Virus record (IMG/VR): IMGVR_UViG_3300036818_000088
Coordinates: 1-64,000 of that record
From: a virus
DNA length: 64,000 nucleotides
Direction: 5' to 3' (one strand)
A program made the translations under genes and the position numbers. The notes under the pieces are model-generated. The model was not told where the DNA came from, did no database searches, and saw only the letters and a list, made by a program, of their open reading frames with translations. Below are positions 38,385 through 47,050 of the stretch, in pieces. The number at the start of each line of letters is the position of its first letter. Position 1 is the stretch's first letter.

Positions 38385-40433
38385 ATGGCCGTCCGCGACC
38401 GCTTCCTCGCCCGCGCCTCCGAGGTGCTGACTAACTGGTCAGGACTCGCCGTCACCGAGGCTGAGGAGCTGGATGTCCTGCGCGAGCGCTCTGAGGGCTT
38501 CGGCGAACTCGCGAACTTCGCCGAGGATCTCGCTGATCGCGCCTTGGACTTCGCCGGTGGCGGGGAATATGCGCCGCGCGAGGCTAAGATCGAGAACCGC
38601 CGCCGCCTCGCCCGCCGATCGCGTACTGCTCTTGTTCACGATCCGATCGCCGGCAGCGAGGCGAACCTGCGGGCGAACTTCGCCTTCGGCAAGGGCATTA
38701 GCAAGCCCAAGGCCGCAGAGAAGAAGGTGCAGGAGATCGTCGACCGCGCCTGGATGGATCCGGTCAATCAAAAGAAGCTGACCAGCTACCAGGCTCAGCG
38801 CAAGCGCTCCAACGACCTCATCACATCGGCCAACCTCTTCCTCGGCTTCATCGAGCACAACGGCCGCATCCACGTCGTCTTCCTCGAGCCAGATGAGGTC
38901 ACCGACATCGTCTCGGACCCAGACGATGACGAAATCCCTCTGTACTACGTGACACGCAAACGCAAGCAGGATTGGGACTTTTTTCAAGATATGCCTAAGC
39001 CGGTGCTCGGCTATGAGATGGAAGGGGGGCGCGAGCTCGTCTTCTACTTCCCGCACTGGCGCTTCGTCGAGGAGCAGATGAGCTGGGCCGAAGAGACCGG
39101 CAGCGAACAGCCGAAGCTGCCGCCACCAGAGAAGCGCGGCGATGCCTGGATCGAGCATGTGGCGATCAACCAGATCGGCCGAACGCATTTCGGCATTCCG
39201 CCATGGGCTCGGACCCTTCGCTTCTTCTCGGCGATGAATCAGCTCACCGAGGCGCAGGTGGCAATGCGCCAAGGTGCTGCCTCGATCATCGCCCAGCGCA
39301 TCCGCCGCGGTGGCCCCAAAGATGTGCAGCGCGCCGCGGCCGGCGTCCTCAACATGGTCGGCGAGTTCGGCGCCGCACGCTTCGGTCGCCGAGCCGAACC
39401 GCAGAACGCCGGCATCGGTACCGAGCCGCAGGTCGGCAAACCACCGGTGCCCGCCGGCTCATGGCTGACCTCCAACGAAGGCGAGCGCCTCGAAGCAGTC
39501 AACCTCAGTTCGGGTGCGAGCCAGGCCGCCCAAGATGCCCAGATCGTTCGCGCTCCCCTCGCGGCTGCTTCGGGCTTCGGGCAGCATTACCTTGGCGATC
39601 CCTCCTCGACGACGCTTGCCGGTGGAACGACCTTGGAGTTGCCAACGCTACTTGAGGTGAGTTCTTGGCAGGAGACCTTTGAGGGCCTTTATCGCTGGTT
39701 TATCGACCGCTCGATCGAGGCAGCCGTGCGCGCCGGGCAGCTCGGCGGGCTTGTCGGCACTCAGCGAGGCGATGGGCGCTCACTCGCCGACCTGCGCCTC
39801 CCCGAGGACAAGGCGGAGATGGAGAAACGCCTCGGCGTCGATCTCAGCTACAGCTTTGAAATGCCCTACCCAGGTCGGCGCAACCTGCCCGATGTCGTCG
39901 CCGCGATCGTCGCGGTCGCCTCGGGCTTCGATCCGATGGGCGTCGACAAGCCGCTACGCCGCAACCTGCTTGACTTCTTCGCCCGCCACGGCCTGCTCAC
40001 CGAGGACCCGGCAAAGTGGGTCGAGGAAGCGCTGCCCGAGGAGGGCGAAATGCCTCCCTTTCCCGGTAGCGGCGTCGGCATGGAAACCGAAGAAGGGCCA
40101 GAAGGCCCGGTCACCCGCGTCGGCCCCAACGCCGCAGCCCCCTCCAAAAATGGCCGCGAGACGAGCGAACAGCCGCAGTACCCCGGTCAGAAAACCCGCA
40201 GCCGCCCCCCCTCGAACGAACTCGGCGGCGGCACCCGCACGCGCGAGGTGATGGAGGCGGCGCTGGCCGAGGGCACGACCCCCGACCCCGGCGCCTTCAT
40301 CGACGCGATGAACGCCGACGCCGCGCGCGAGTTCGCCGCGCTCGCCGCCGATCCCGCTGCGCTGCTTGCGGGGAAGGCTCCGTCTGCCGATCCTGCGAAG
40401 GCCAGGAACGGCTCCAATGGGGTGCCCTCTTAG
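38385..40433 (+). CDS. Portal protein
   Basis: 682 aa; DPIA..ANFAFGKG; EVTDIVSDPDD; FGIPP; HYLGD; precedes MuF-like and head genes. Confidence 0.8.
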   Translation: MAVRDRFLARASEVLTNWSGLAVTEAEELDVLRERSEGFGELANFAEDLADRALDFAGGGEYAPREAKIENRRRLARRSRTALVHDPIAGSEANLRANFAFGKGISKPKAAEKKVQEIVDRAWMDPVNQKKLTSYQAQRKRSNDLITSANLFLGFIEHNGRIHVVFLEPDEVTDIVSDPDDDEIPLYYVTRKRKQDWDFFQDMPKPVLGYEMEGGRELVFYFPHWRFVEEQMSWAEETGSEQPKLPPPEKRGDAWIEHVAINQIGRTHFGIPPWARTLRFFSAMNQLTEAQVAMRQGAASIIAQRIRRGGPKDVQRAAAGVLNMVGEFGAARFGRRAEPQNAGIGTEPQVGKPPVPAGSWLTSNEGERLEAVNLSSGASQAAQDAQIVRAPLAAASGFGQHYLGDPSSTTLAGGTTLELPTLLEVSSWQETFEGLYRWFIDRSIEAAVRAGQLGGLVGTQRGDGRSLADLRLPEDKAEMEKRLGVDLSYSFEMPYPGRRNLPDVVAAIVAVASGFDPMGVDKPLRRNLLDFFARHGLLTEDPAKWVEEALPEEGEMPPFPGSGVGMETEEGPEGPVTRVGPNAAAPSKNGRETSEQPQYPGQKTRSRPPSNELGGGTRTREVMEAALAEGTTPDPGAFIDAMNADAAREFAALAADPAALLAGKAPSADPAKARNGSNGVPS

Positions 40434-40620
40434 ATGGCCCGGCTGCTTACGCGCTATTGGAATTGGCGGCGAGAGAAAGTTGAGTTGGCTTTGGCGGATC
40501 AGAGTCACCACCGCTCCGAATGGGGCTGGTCCTACAAGCCAAGCGATTGGACTGCATCCGACAAGCGCAAGGCTCGGCTGGAGCACCGCCTTTCCTGCAT
40601 CCAAAAGAAGCTCGGGATAA

Positions 40621-41595
40621 GTGGAACAGCAGCGCCGACAAGCTCCGCCTAAGCCAGTCCCGGTCATCCTGCCCGGTGCAGTGGGCGGTGTGGCGGGCAG
40701 CATCCCTGGCTCGGCGTCGGCGACAGCCTCGCTAACTGCCGGTGCCGGTGGTGACACCACCATCGCCGAGGTCTCCGGCAAGTCCGCCGCTGCAGTCTTG
40801 GCGGTGCTGGCGCGGCTCTCGGCCAAGCGCCTCGCTGCGATGCGCGAGCGCCTGCTTGCCTCCGGTACCGCGCTCGGCGACATCGACAAAGCACTCGCCG
40901 AAGAGGTCCAGCGCGAAGCCGTCTACAAGCGCCTCGCCGATCAGCGGGTGAAAGCTGGCATGAAGCTAGCTTTGCGCGCCAGCGATCCCAGCGTCCGCGC
41001 CGCCGCCGCCGAGAAGGTGCTGGCCCGCGAGCAGCGCTTCGCCCAACAGCGCGCCTCGGCCTCAGCCGAACGGGTGCTCGCCTCGGCCGAGCTGCAGGAA
41101 TTGCGACGGATCAGCCCGCAGGGAGCGTTCTGGCGGCTTGGGGCGCGTCAGACGCACACGCCCGACTGCGTGGCTATGGCGGGTCAGTTTTTCCCATGGA
41201 CCGTCCTCAATGAGGTCCACCCGCTGCGACATCCCGGCTGCGGCTGTTTCTTGGTTAGCCTCGGCTCGGCGATCTCCGAAGGCTTGATGGCTCCCGGCGA
41301 CATCCCCACCGACGCTGCTGCCCGCAAGCTCGCCGCCGGGGTCATCGCCCAGGTCCGCCAAGAGAAGGCCGACGCCATCCGCAAGTACGGACTCGAAGAG
41401 GAAGCCACCCGTGAGATCGTCATCCGTGAGCGCCTCGCCGAGACCGGAGCCGATGCCGACCTGCTCGCCGCCGCGCCGCTTCGCTGCGAAAGGTGTTCCC
41501 GAGTCCGACTGAACCAACACCGCCTACGCCTGCTGCGCGAAAAGCAGGCCGAACGGCAATTCGGGATCGCGGCAGCCATCCCCGTCGCCGAGTAG
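40621..41595 (+). CDS. MuF/gp7-like minor head protein
   Basis: HTPDCVAMAG..PLRHPGCGC after portal. Confidence 0.7.
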   Translation: MEQQRRQAPPKPVPVILPGAVGGVAGSIPGSASATASLTAGAGGDTTIAEVSGKSAAAVLAVLARLSAKRLAAMRERLLASGTALGDIDKALAEEVQREAVYKRLADQRVKAGMKLALRASDPSVRAAAAEKVLAREQRFAQQRASASAERVLASAELQELRRISPQGAFWRLGARQTHTPDCVAMAGQFFPWTVLNEVHPLRHPGCGCFLVSLGSAISEGLMAPGDIPTDAAARKLAAGVIAQVRQEKADAIRKYGLEEEATREIVIRERLAETGADADLLAAAPLRCERCSRVRLNQHRLRLLREKQAERQFGIAAAIPVAE

Positions 41596-41895
41596 GCTGA
41601 TGGAGCCCTACGACGAACGAAAGGACCGCATGCAAACCGAGCAGGTAACCCGAGCCAGCGAAGCCCTATTCGACGGCGGCAATTCAGAGGAGATCACCCT
41701 TCAAACCGAAGCCTATGAGGGGAGCGTTGCAGTCCATTCCCGCAGGGCAAACGAGGAGGAGGAGGACTTCCCGGCGCTTTCCGTTTATCTCTCGCCCGTC
41801 GATGCCGTGATCCACGCTGAGCGCATCATCGAGGCAGCCCGCCAAGCCGTCAAAGATCCCACCTTCGTGCCCTAACCCGCAACCTCGACCCCCGC

Positions 41896-41934
41896 TGAAC
41901 CAACTTCACACGCCGCCGCCAATTCGCGTAGACT
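41896..41934 (+). promoter_or_regulatory. TGAA-N5-TTCA palindrome with downstream -10 (no leader box)
   Basis: TGAACCAACTTCA 41896-41908, intergenic; TAGACT 41929-41934. Confidence 0.5.
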
Positions 41935-42581
41935 CCTAAGCGGTAGACAGAGCGGCCCGGCCCCTCTCGTGGCGTTGGAGCCGGGCCGCATCCGCCCCCG
42001 ACCTTATGCCGAACCTGATGGTCGCCCTCATCACCCTCGGCGAGGTCAGAGATCGCAGCCTCGCGTTGTGGGTCGAGGAGGTCAACGCGAAGCTCGCGCA
42101 GAAGTGAACCCAATCACTGTCCACCTCCCCGCCGATCCGGCCGCTCCGATCAAGCGCTCCCGCCCCTACCTGACCCGCTGCGGCCTCAGCGCCCGGCTCC
42201 CCTCGCGCACCCGGACGCGCGAGGATGAGGACGGTCCCTACCTCGTCGCCGGGCCGCATCCTCGCTACTACCGCGTCTGCCCTGACTGTGGGGCCGATGG
42301 TGCGACCTGGGACGGTGGCGTCGGGTGAGCCTGTTCGTCTGCGATGAATGCGGCGTAGTTGAGAACACGGCGCTGGCCGGGTTCGGCGGCTACTGGGGGC
42401 GGAACCGTAAAGACCTCGGGCACGGGGAGCAGGGCGTAGGAGATGGCAAGGCCCGCTGCTCCCAGTGCAACCCGCAGATCGGTAAGTGGCACGGCTGCTT
42501 TCCTCGCGGAAAGTGGGATGGCAAACGCCAAGTCATCAATCGGTGAACTTCTGCGTCCGGCACCGCATCTAGATTCTCCCC

Positions 42582-42648
42582 GAGAGCAGTGTCGGCGACC
42601 CTTGGCGGTGCTCTCAACTAGTCCTCGCTGTAGCGGTGTCCGCCGACA
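42582..42648 (+). ncRNA. Putative pseudoknotted small RNA with HDV-like helix order
   Basis: Starts 6 nt after TAGATT; GAGAGC/GCTCTC crosses TGTCGGCG/CGCCGACA. Confidence 0.4.
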
Positions 42649-42666
42649 AGTAGATAATCCCCAACC

Positions 42667-43337
42667 GTGGCCCCGCCTCAGCGCTATGACTCGCCTGCCA
42701 GGCAGATGCTCATCTTGGGACAGGCGGCTCGTGCCGAGGGTCTCAGTTTCGATGAGTTCTGGCAGCGCGCCGTGCGCCCCGGACAACCAGCCCTGACTCC
42801 CCGCCGGCTCGGCAGAGGCAAGTACGACGGCCTCGAGCACCAAGCCGTCGTCTGGCCCTCGGACACCGCCGAACGAACCGACGCCCAAGAGGCGATGCTC
42901 CGCTGCGAGGACGTGTGGCGCCGGGCCTATGACCGCGAGCCTCAGACACCCGGAGACCGCGCCCTTGCCAGCCTCTATGAGATCTGGGCCGAGCGGGAAC
43001 TTGGCGGGATCGAAGCGGGGAGAGTTGTAGGCTTGGCGGCATGAAGTTCGACCCCAATGATGCGCAGATCGCCACGGCCAAGAAGCTGATCGGCGAGGGC
43101 GGCGACTGGCCGGAGATTTTGTGGTCGCGCTGGTTCACCCAGCGGATGACGGGAGAGGGTGAGCCAACCGAAAATCTTCTGGTCCTCGTTGCGAACAGGC
43201 CCGAGAATCCGATGTGGACCGACCAAATCTTCCTCATCGACGAGGAGGGTGTCTCTGAGCAGATCGCGGAACGGGCGCGCATCCCTGCCGACGATGAACT
43301 CGGCATCCGCCCGATTCCAGAGGTAGCGACGGTATGA
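42667..43337 (+). CDS. Two hypothetical ORFs (42667-43044, 43041-43337)
   Basis: Probable leaderless GTG after GATAAT; ATGA overlaps. Confidence 0.55.
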
Positions 43338-44659
43338 CCCCTCTCGACCTCGCCAGCTTTCCCGTGCAAGAGGCCGGGGAACATCCTCACGACAATCCGG
43401 CCAAGCCGTTCTCGACCTCGAAAACCTCGAACTGGGTCGCTCGGGCCGGGGGCTTGCCGCATTACATTCAGCACGTCGCTCACGCCTTGGCCAAGACGCA
43501 CGGCACCTCTCGGGCGATCGAGATGGCCGTCGGCATCGTCAAAAACTGGGCGGAGGGAAAGGGCCATGTGCATCCCGCAATCAAGGCCGCCGCCGCGAAG
43601 GCGATGGCCGAGTGGGAGGCCAAGAAGGCGAAAGCACATGCCCTGAAAGAGGAAGCGGCGCTTGAGGATTTCCATGACGAGTTCGTCGCCGGGTGTAAGG
43701 AGCGATTGCGCGTCCTCTCTATCGCGCTCGACCCCGACGCGATCCTTGAGGCCATGCAGGAGGGCAGCGGCTTCATGGTGCTCACCGCCGAGGAAGCCGA
43801 GTTCGGCCCGGACTCACTGGCAGAGGTCGACCTCTGCCAGAAAGGTCGACAAAAGATGGCCAAGGCGAAAACCGCTCGCCACGATGGCAGCTTCCCGATC
43901 CCCAACACTGACTTCTTGGGTAAGGCAATCAAGGCGGTCGGCGGCGCGAAAGATCCCGCCGCCGCGAAGGCGTGGATCAAGAAGCGCGCCAAGGCTCTCG
44001 GCGCCACCAAGATGCTGCCTTCCAACTGGGGCAACGCGATGGCCGAGTCCGAGCTGACGCAACTCGCCGAGGAACTGCTCGATACCTTGATGCTTTGCGA
44101 GGCGCTCGCTGAGGCATACAACCCCCCGACATGGGTGATCCCCAAGCAGGCTCGCCAGCCCGGCTTCAAACCGCTGAAACCGCCGAAAGCGAAATCGTCA
44201 TCGACCAAAAGCTCGTCCTCCAAATACGATCCGAACAAACACCCCCGCGACCAGATCGGCCAGTTCCTGCAGAAGGGCCACACCGGGCCGGCGGTCAAGG
44301 GCATCCAGCAGAAGCTCGGGATCAAGCCCACTGGCACCTACGACTCCAGCACGGTGGCCCGCATCCGCACCTACCAGGAGAACCACGGACTCGTGGTCGA
44401 CGGGATCGTCGGCGCGCAGACGGCGGCTTCGCTGCTGGGCAAGCCCAAACGCAAAATAGGTGCGCTGCCCGGTGGCCTGCGCAAAGGACTTCAGGGACTC
44501 GTCAAACACAAGCTGAAGGAAGAGGAGGTGCTGAGTGAGGCCCTCGAAGAGCGCACCTTGCACACCGCCACCCAGCAGCGAGACAACGGCGTCAAGTCGG
44601 CCACCCACTCCTCGATCCGCTCGGCGATCTACGACTTGGCCGGTAGTGGGTCAGTTTGA
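43334..44659 (+). CDS. Multidomain head-region protein with peptidoglycan-binding domain, truncated by IS end
   Basis: GGLPHYIQHVAHAL; GSFPIPN..AIKAVG..WIKKRA; YDPNKHPRD..GQF; PG_binding-like LQKGHTG..VDGIVGAQT; last codons GSGSV* lie in the IS inverted repeat. Confidence 0.7.
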   Translation: MTPLDLASFPVQEAGEHPHDNPAKPFSTSKTSNWVARAGGLPHYIQHVAHALAKTHGTSRAIEMAVGIVKNWAEGKGHVHPAIKAAAAKAMAEWEAKKAKAHALKEEAALEDFHDEFVAGCKERLRVLSIALDPDAILEAMQEGSGFMVLTAEEAEFGPDSLAEVDLCQKGRQKMAKAKTARHDGSFPIPNTDFLGKAIKAVGGAKDPAAAKAWIKKRAKALGATKMLPSNWGNAMAESELTQLAEELLDTLMLCEALAEAYNPPTWVIPKQARQPGFKPLKPPKAKSSSTKSSSSKYDPNKHPRDQIGQFLQKGHTGPAVKGIQQKLGIKPTGTYDSSTVARIRTYQENHGLVVDGIVGAQTAASLLGKPKRKIGALPGGLRKGLQGLVKHKLKEEEVLSEALEERTLHTATQQRDNGVKSATHSSIRSAIYDLAGSGSV

Positions 44660-44890
44660 AATCGCCCTCTCTGTAGAAGCGATCTTGTGACAAGTCAACA
44701 CAAAAGTGAAGGAGATTCAGTTCCATCGGGGAGATGTGCGAAGGTTGACAAACCGCAAGTGACCGAGATGAACTTCACCCGGAAAAACGCAGCCAAACAG
44801 GACGACCCCCCGGCGAGCGTAGACGCCAATCCAAGCTCACCGAGGGGTCCGGGCGCACCAGCCGCCGGTACTCGGCGGCAGCAAGATCAT

Positions 44891-44927
44891 GCCCACGACC
44901 CCGGACGCAAGCCTGGGGTCGTGGGCC
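44891..44927. terminator. Strong hairpin, probable terminator for the passenger gene
   Basis: GCCCACGACCCCGG..CTGGGGTCGTGGGC. Confidence 0.55.
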
Positions 44928-44932
44928 ATCTT

Positions 44933-45139
44933 TCAAGCCGCCTTCGGGGTCGCCACGGCATCAGCGGCCTGGATAAACCAGACCGGATCGAAGCCAGCGA
45001 CTGCCACCAGCGGCAGGCTGTCTCCCGCCTTGCACCAGACGGCGACATTCAGTCGCTCGCCAAAGTGGTCAACGAGTTCGTACTTGCCAGCCTTCGGAGG
45101 GTTATCTCCAGGCTGGTACCTCAGGGGCGGCCGTTGCAT
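44933..45139 (-). CDS. YjzC-like small protein (IS passenger)
   Basis: YQPGDNPPKAGKYELV..GDSLP; SD AAGGAGG. Confidence 0.6.
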   Translation of the reverse strand: MQRPPLRYQPGDNPPKAGKYELVDHFGERLNVAVWCKAGDSLPLVAVAGFDPVWFIQAADAVATPKAA

Positions 45140-45286
45140 GGCCCCTCCTTTGCATCCATGAGATAGCTCGGGTCGTTACGGGCCTGTAACCCTGCGGCCT
45201 GGGCTATCTCAATTTTTCCCGCTTTCTGCGGGCCAACTGCGCAGGATCGTCATTCGCCCGGATGGATTTTGTATGTCGCACTCGAC

Positions 45287-45982
45287 CTAATCGAGCAACC
45301 CGGCGATCTCCTCAAGCGACCAAATGTGATCGGTCACCCCGGCAGCCATCGCCGGAGTCCGGGGGTAGCGCTCCCTCAGCGCCGTATGCGGGCGAGCGAA
45401 GTTGTAATGGAGGTAGTGAAGGCTGACGGCCTGGGCAAGGTTCTCAATCTTCTTGCTGAATCCGTTGGTCAGCCGCGTGAAGCGGCGCATCCCCATCCGC
45501 ATGGTCAAGTTCTGCCGCTCGACGTAGCTGGTTGAGATCCGGTCAGGATCGGGGTCACCCTTCAGGACTCGCGTTTTCGTGCCGGTGCAGACCGCCGGGC
45601 TGTATTTGCGCTCGGGAGTGCCGCTCTCGGCCCGGTAGGTCTTCATGATCTGCGCCCAGTCGACCTGATGGCGGAAGGATGGCCCTACGGTCCCTTCATA
45701 GATCACGTGCCCGTCGGTGCTTAGCTGGATGCGGCCGGCCATCCGGCTCGCCAGGTCGGTCAGGAAGACTTCGGCATCGTCGGAGGTCCGCTCCCCGACC
45801 AGCCAGGAGGGAACCAGCTTCGTATCGGCGCACAGCGCCGTAAAGGTCCATACGTCGCCGTAGCCATACGTGCCCTTGAATTCCTCTGGCACATTCTTCT
45901 GCTTGGCGTAGCAATACGCCCAAATCTCGTCGGCCTCAATCACTTTGCAGGGGAGATCGACAAACACGCCGTCTTGGTACTC
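45287..45982 (-). pseudogene. IS1-family DDE transposase, 5'-truncated
   Basis: DEIW, GDVWTF, LSTDG, TSYVERQNLTMRMGMRRFTRLTNGFSKK, TPAMAAG; similarity stops at EYQD with an in-frame stop just upstream and no HTH. Confidence 0.85.
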
Positions 45983-46135
45983 GCGGCCGCACCTTTGCGG
46001 TCAGCAACGGCACCGAGAACCTTCAGGCCAGCGGCGTCGAGGAAGCCGCCGACACGGCCAAGGAGCTCGACTCGCGTTCGGGCACGGGCGCGTCCGGCAC
46101 GCCAGTCGTGAGCAGCAGCTAGGCTTTCGCTGGCG

Positions 46136-46887
46136 ATGTCCGCGCAGAACGTCAATTCGGCTCCATATCCCGATGCGCTCGATGCCTTGGTGGATGTACT
46201 CACCTATCGGCCGGGCTGGTCCTTCCGGCTTGTCGTCATGGATCGGGGGCAGGGAAGCGAAGGATTGACCTTCGAGGTCACATCGGTCGGCTACAACACC
46301 TACGAACCCGAAGCAGGGCGCACCTATCGCGTGCGCCACCTCTTCCCGGTCCCACCCGCGGCCTACAACCGCGAGTCATGGCAGCGCTGGATTCTGGAGC
46401 GCCTTCTCGAGATCGAGACCCATGAGGCATGCGAGTTCATGCAGATCGACGCCGTGCGGCCTTTCGGCCCCAATCACGGGCCGGGCCACGATCCCTATTA
46501 CGTTCGCGAGGTCAGCCGGGTCGAGGACGCGGAGACATCCTTCCGCGGCGAGCGCGATGCAGGGAGTCAGAGCACCTGATCGAACCACCCGACCCCCGCC
46601 TCGTCGCCCGTGCCCGCGAGCGAGGGCCAAAGATCGAGGGCCTGCGCAAGATGCTCCGCGAGCACTGCCGCTTCGAGTTCAAGAACGGCACGGTTGTCAA
46701 GCAGCGTCGGATCGGCGACCGCACAGGCTGCGCCACCTTCACCGTCGTCCGCCCCGACGGTGCCGAGCAGACTTTCCACCACGGCATCGTCAACTACGGC
46801 TTGGCCTATGAATTCGCGATGGCCGAGTCCGTAGAGCAGCGGATCGAGGGGAAGGATCATCCGCTGATGCAGGCAGCTGGCAGCTAA
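46136..46887 (+). CDS. Two hypothetical ORFs (46136-46579, ~46576-46887)
   Basis: YRPGW..ETHEACEF..PNH family; second start uncertain. Confidence 0.55.
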
Positions 46888-46897
46888 ACTTGTCATT

Positions 46898-46997
46898 GGG
46901 TAGGTGCGCGCGAGACGCGAGAAATCGCCCGAAGGCTGCCCACCGGGCGGCAGCTTCCCTAAAGAGGAAGTGTCCAACTTCGGCTCGCGGCCTATCC
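46898..46997 (+). ncRNA. Putative 100-nt ncRNA with two three-way junctions
   Basis: Starts 7 nt after TAAACT; six helices including GCGA-GAAA-UCGC; ends pair. Confidence 0.65.
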
Positions 46998-47050
46998 CGT
47001 TCTTGCCTTCCTGACGGTATGCCCCCGCGCTGGCTCCTATCATCGCTGTC

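Larger units (their letters stand above)
44642..45982 (-). mobile_element. Truncated IS1-family element with passenger gene
   Basis: Terminal repeat GGTAGTGGGTCAGTTTGAAA 44642-44661; DDE transposase lacking N-terminus; other end absent. Confidence 0.8.

Noticed and set aside
42622-42629. TCCTCGCT identical to the HDV L3 loop
   Set aside because: Flanks cannot form P1/P2 in that register; in the workable fold it falls in the P4 loop
44707-44719. TGAAGGAGATTCA palindrome
   Set aside because: Lies in IS passenger DNA without the promoter architecture; probably chance
44785-45211. Hairpins at ~44785-44850 and 45160-45211
   Set aside because: Within IS cargo; plausible terminators or leaders of the passenger gene, not phage features
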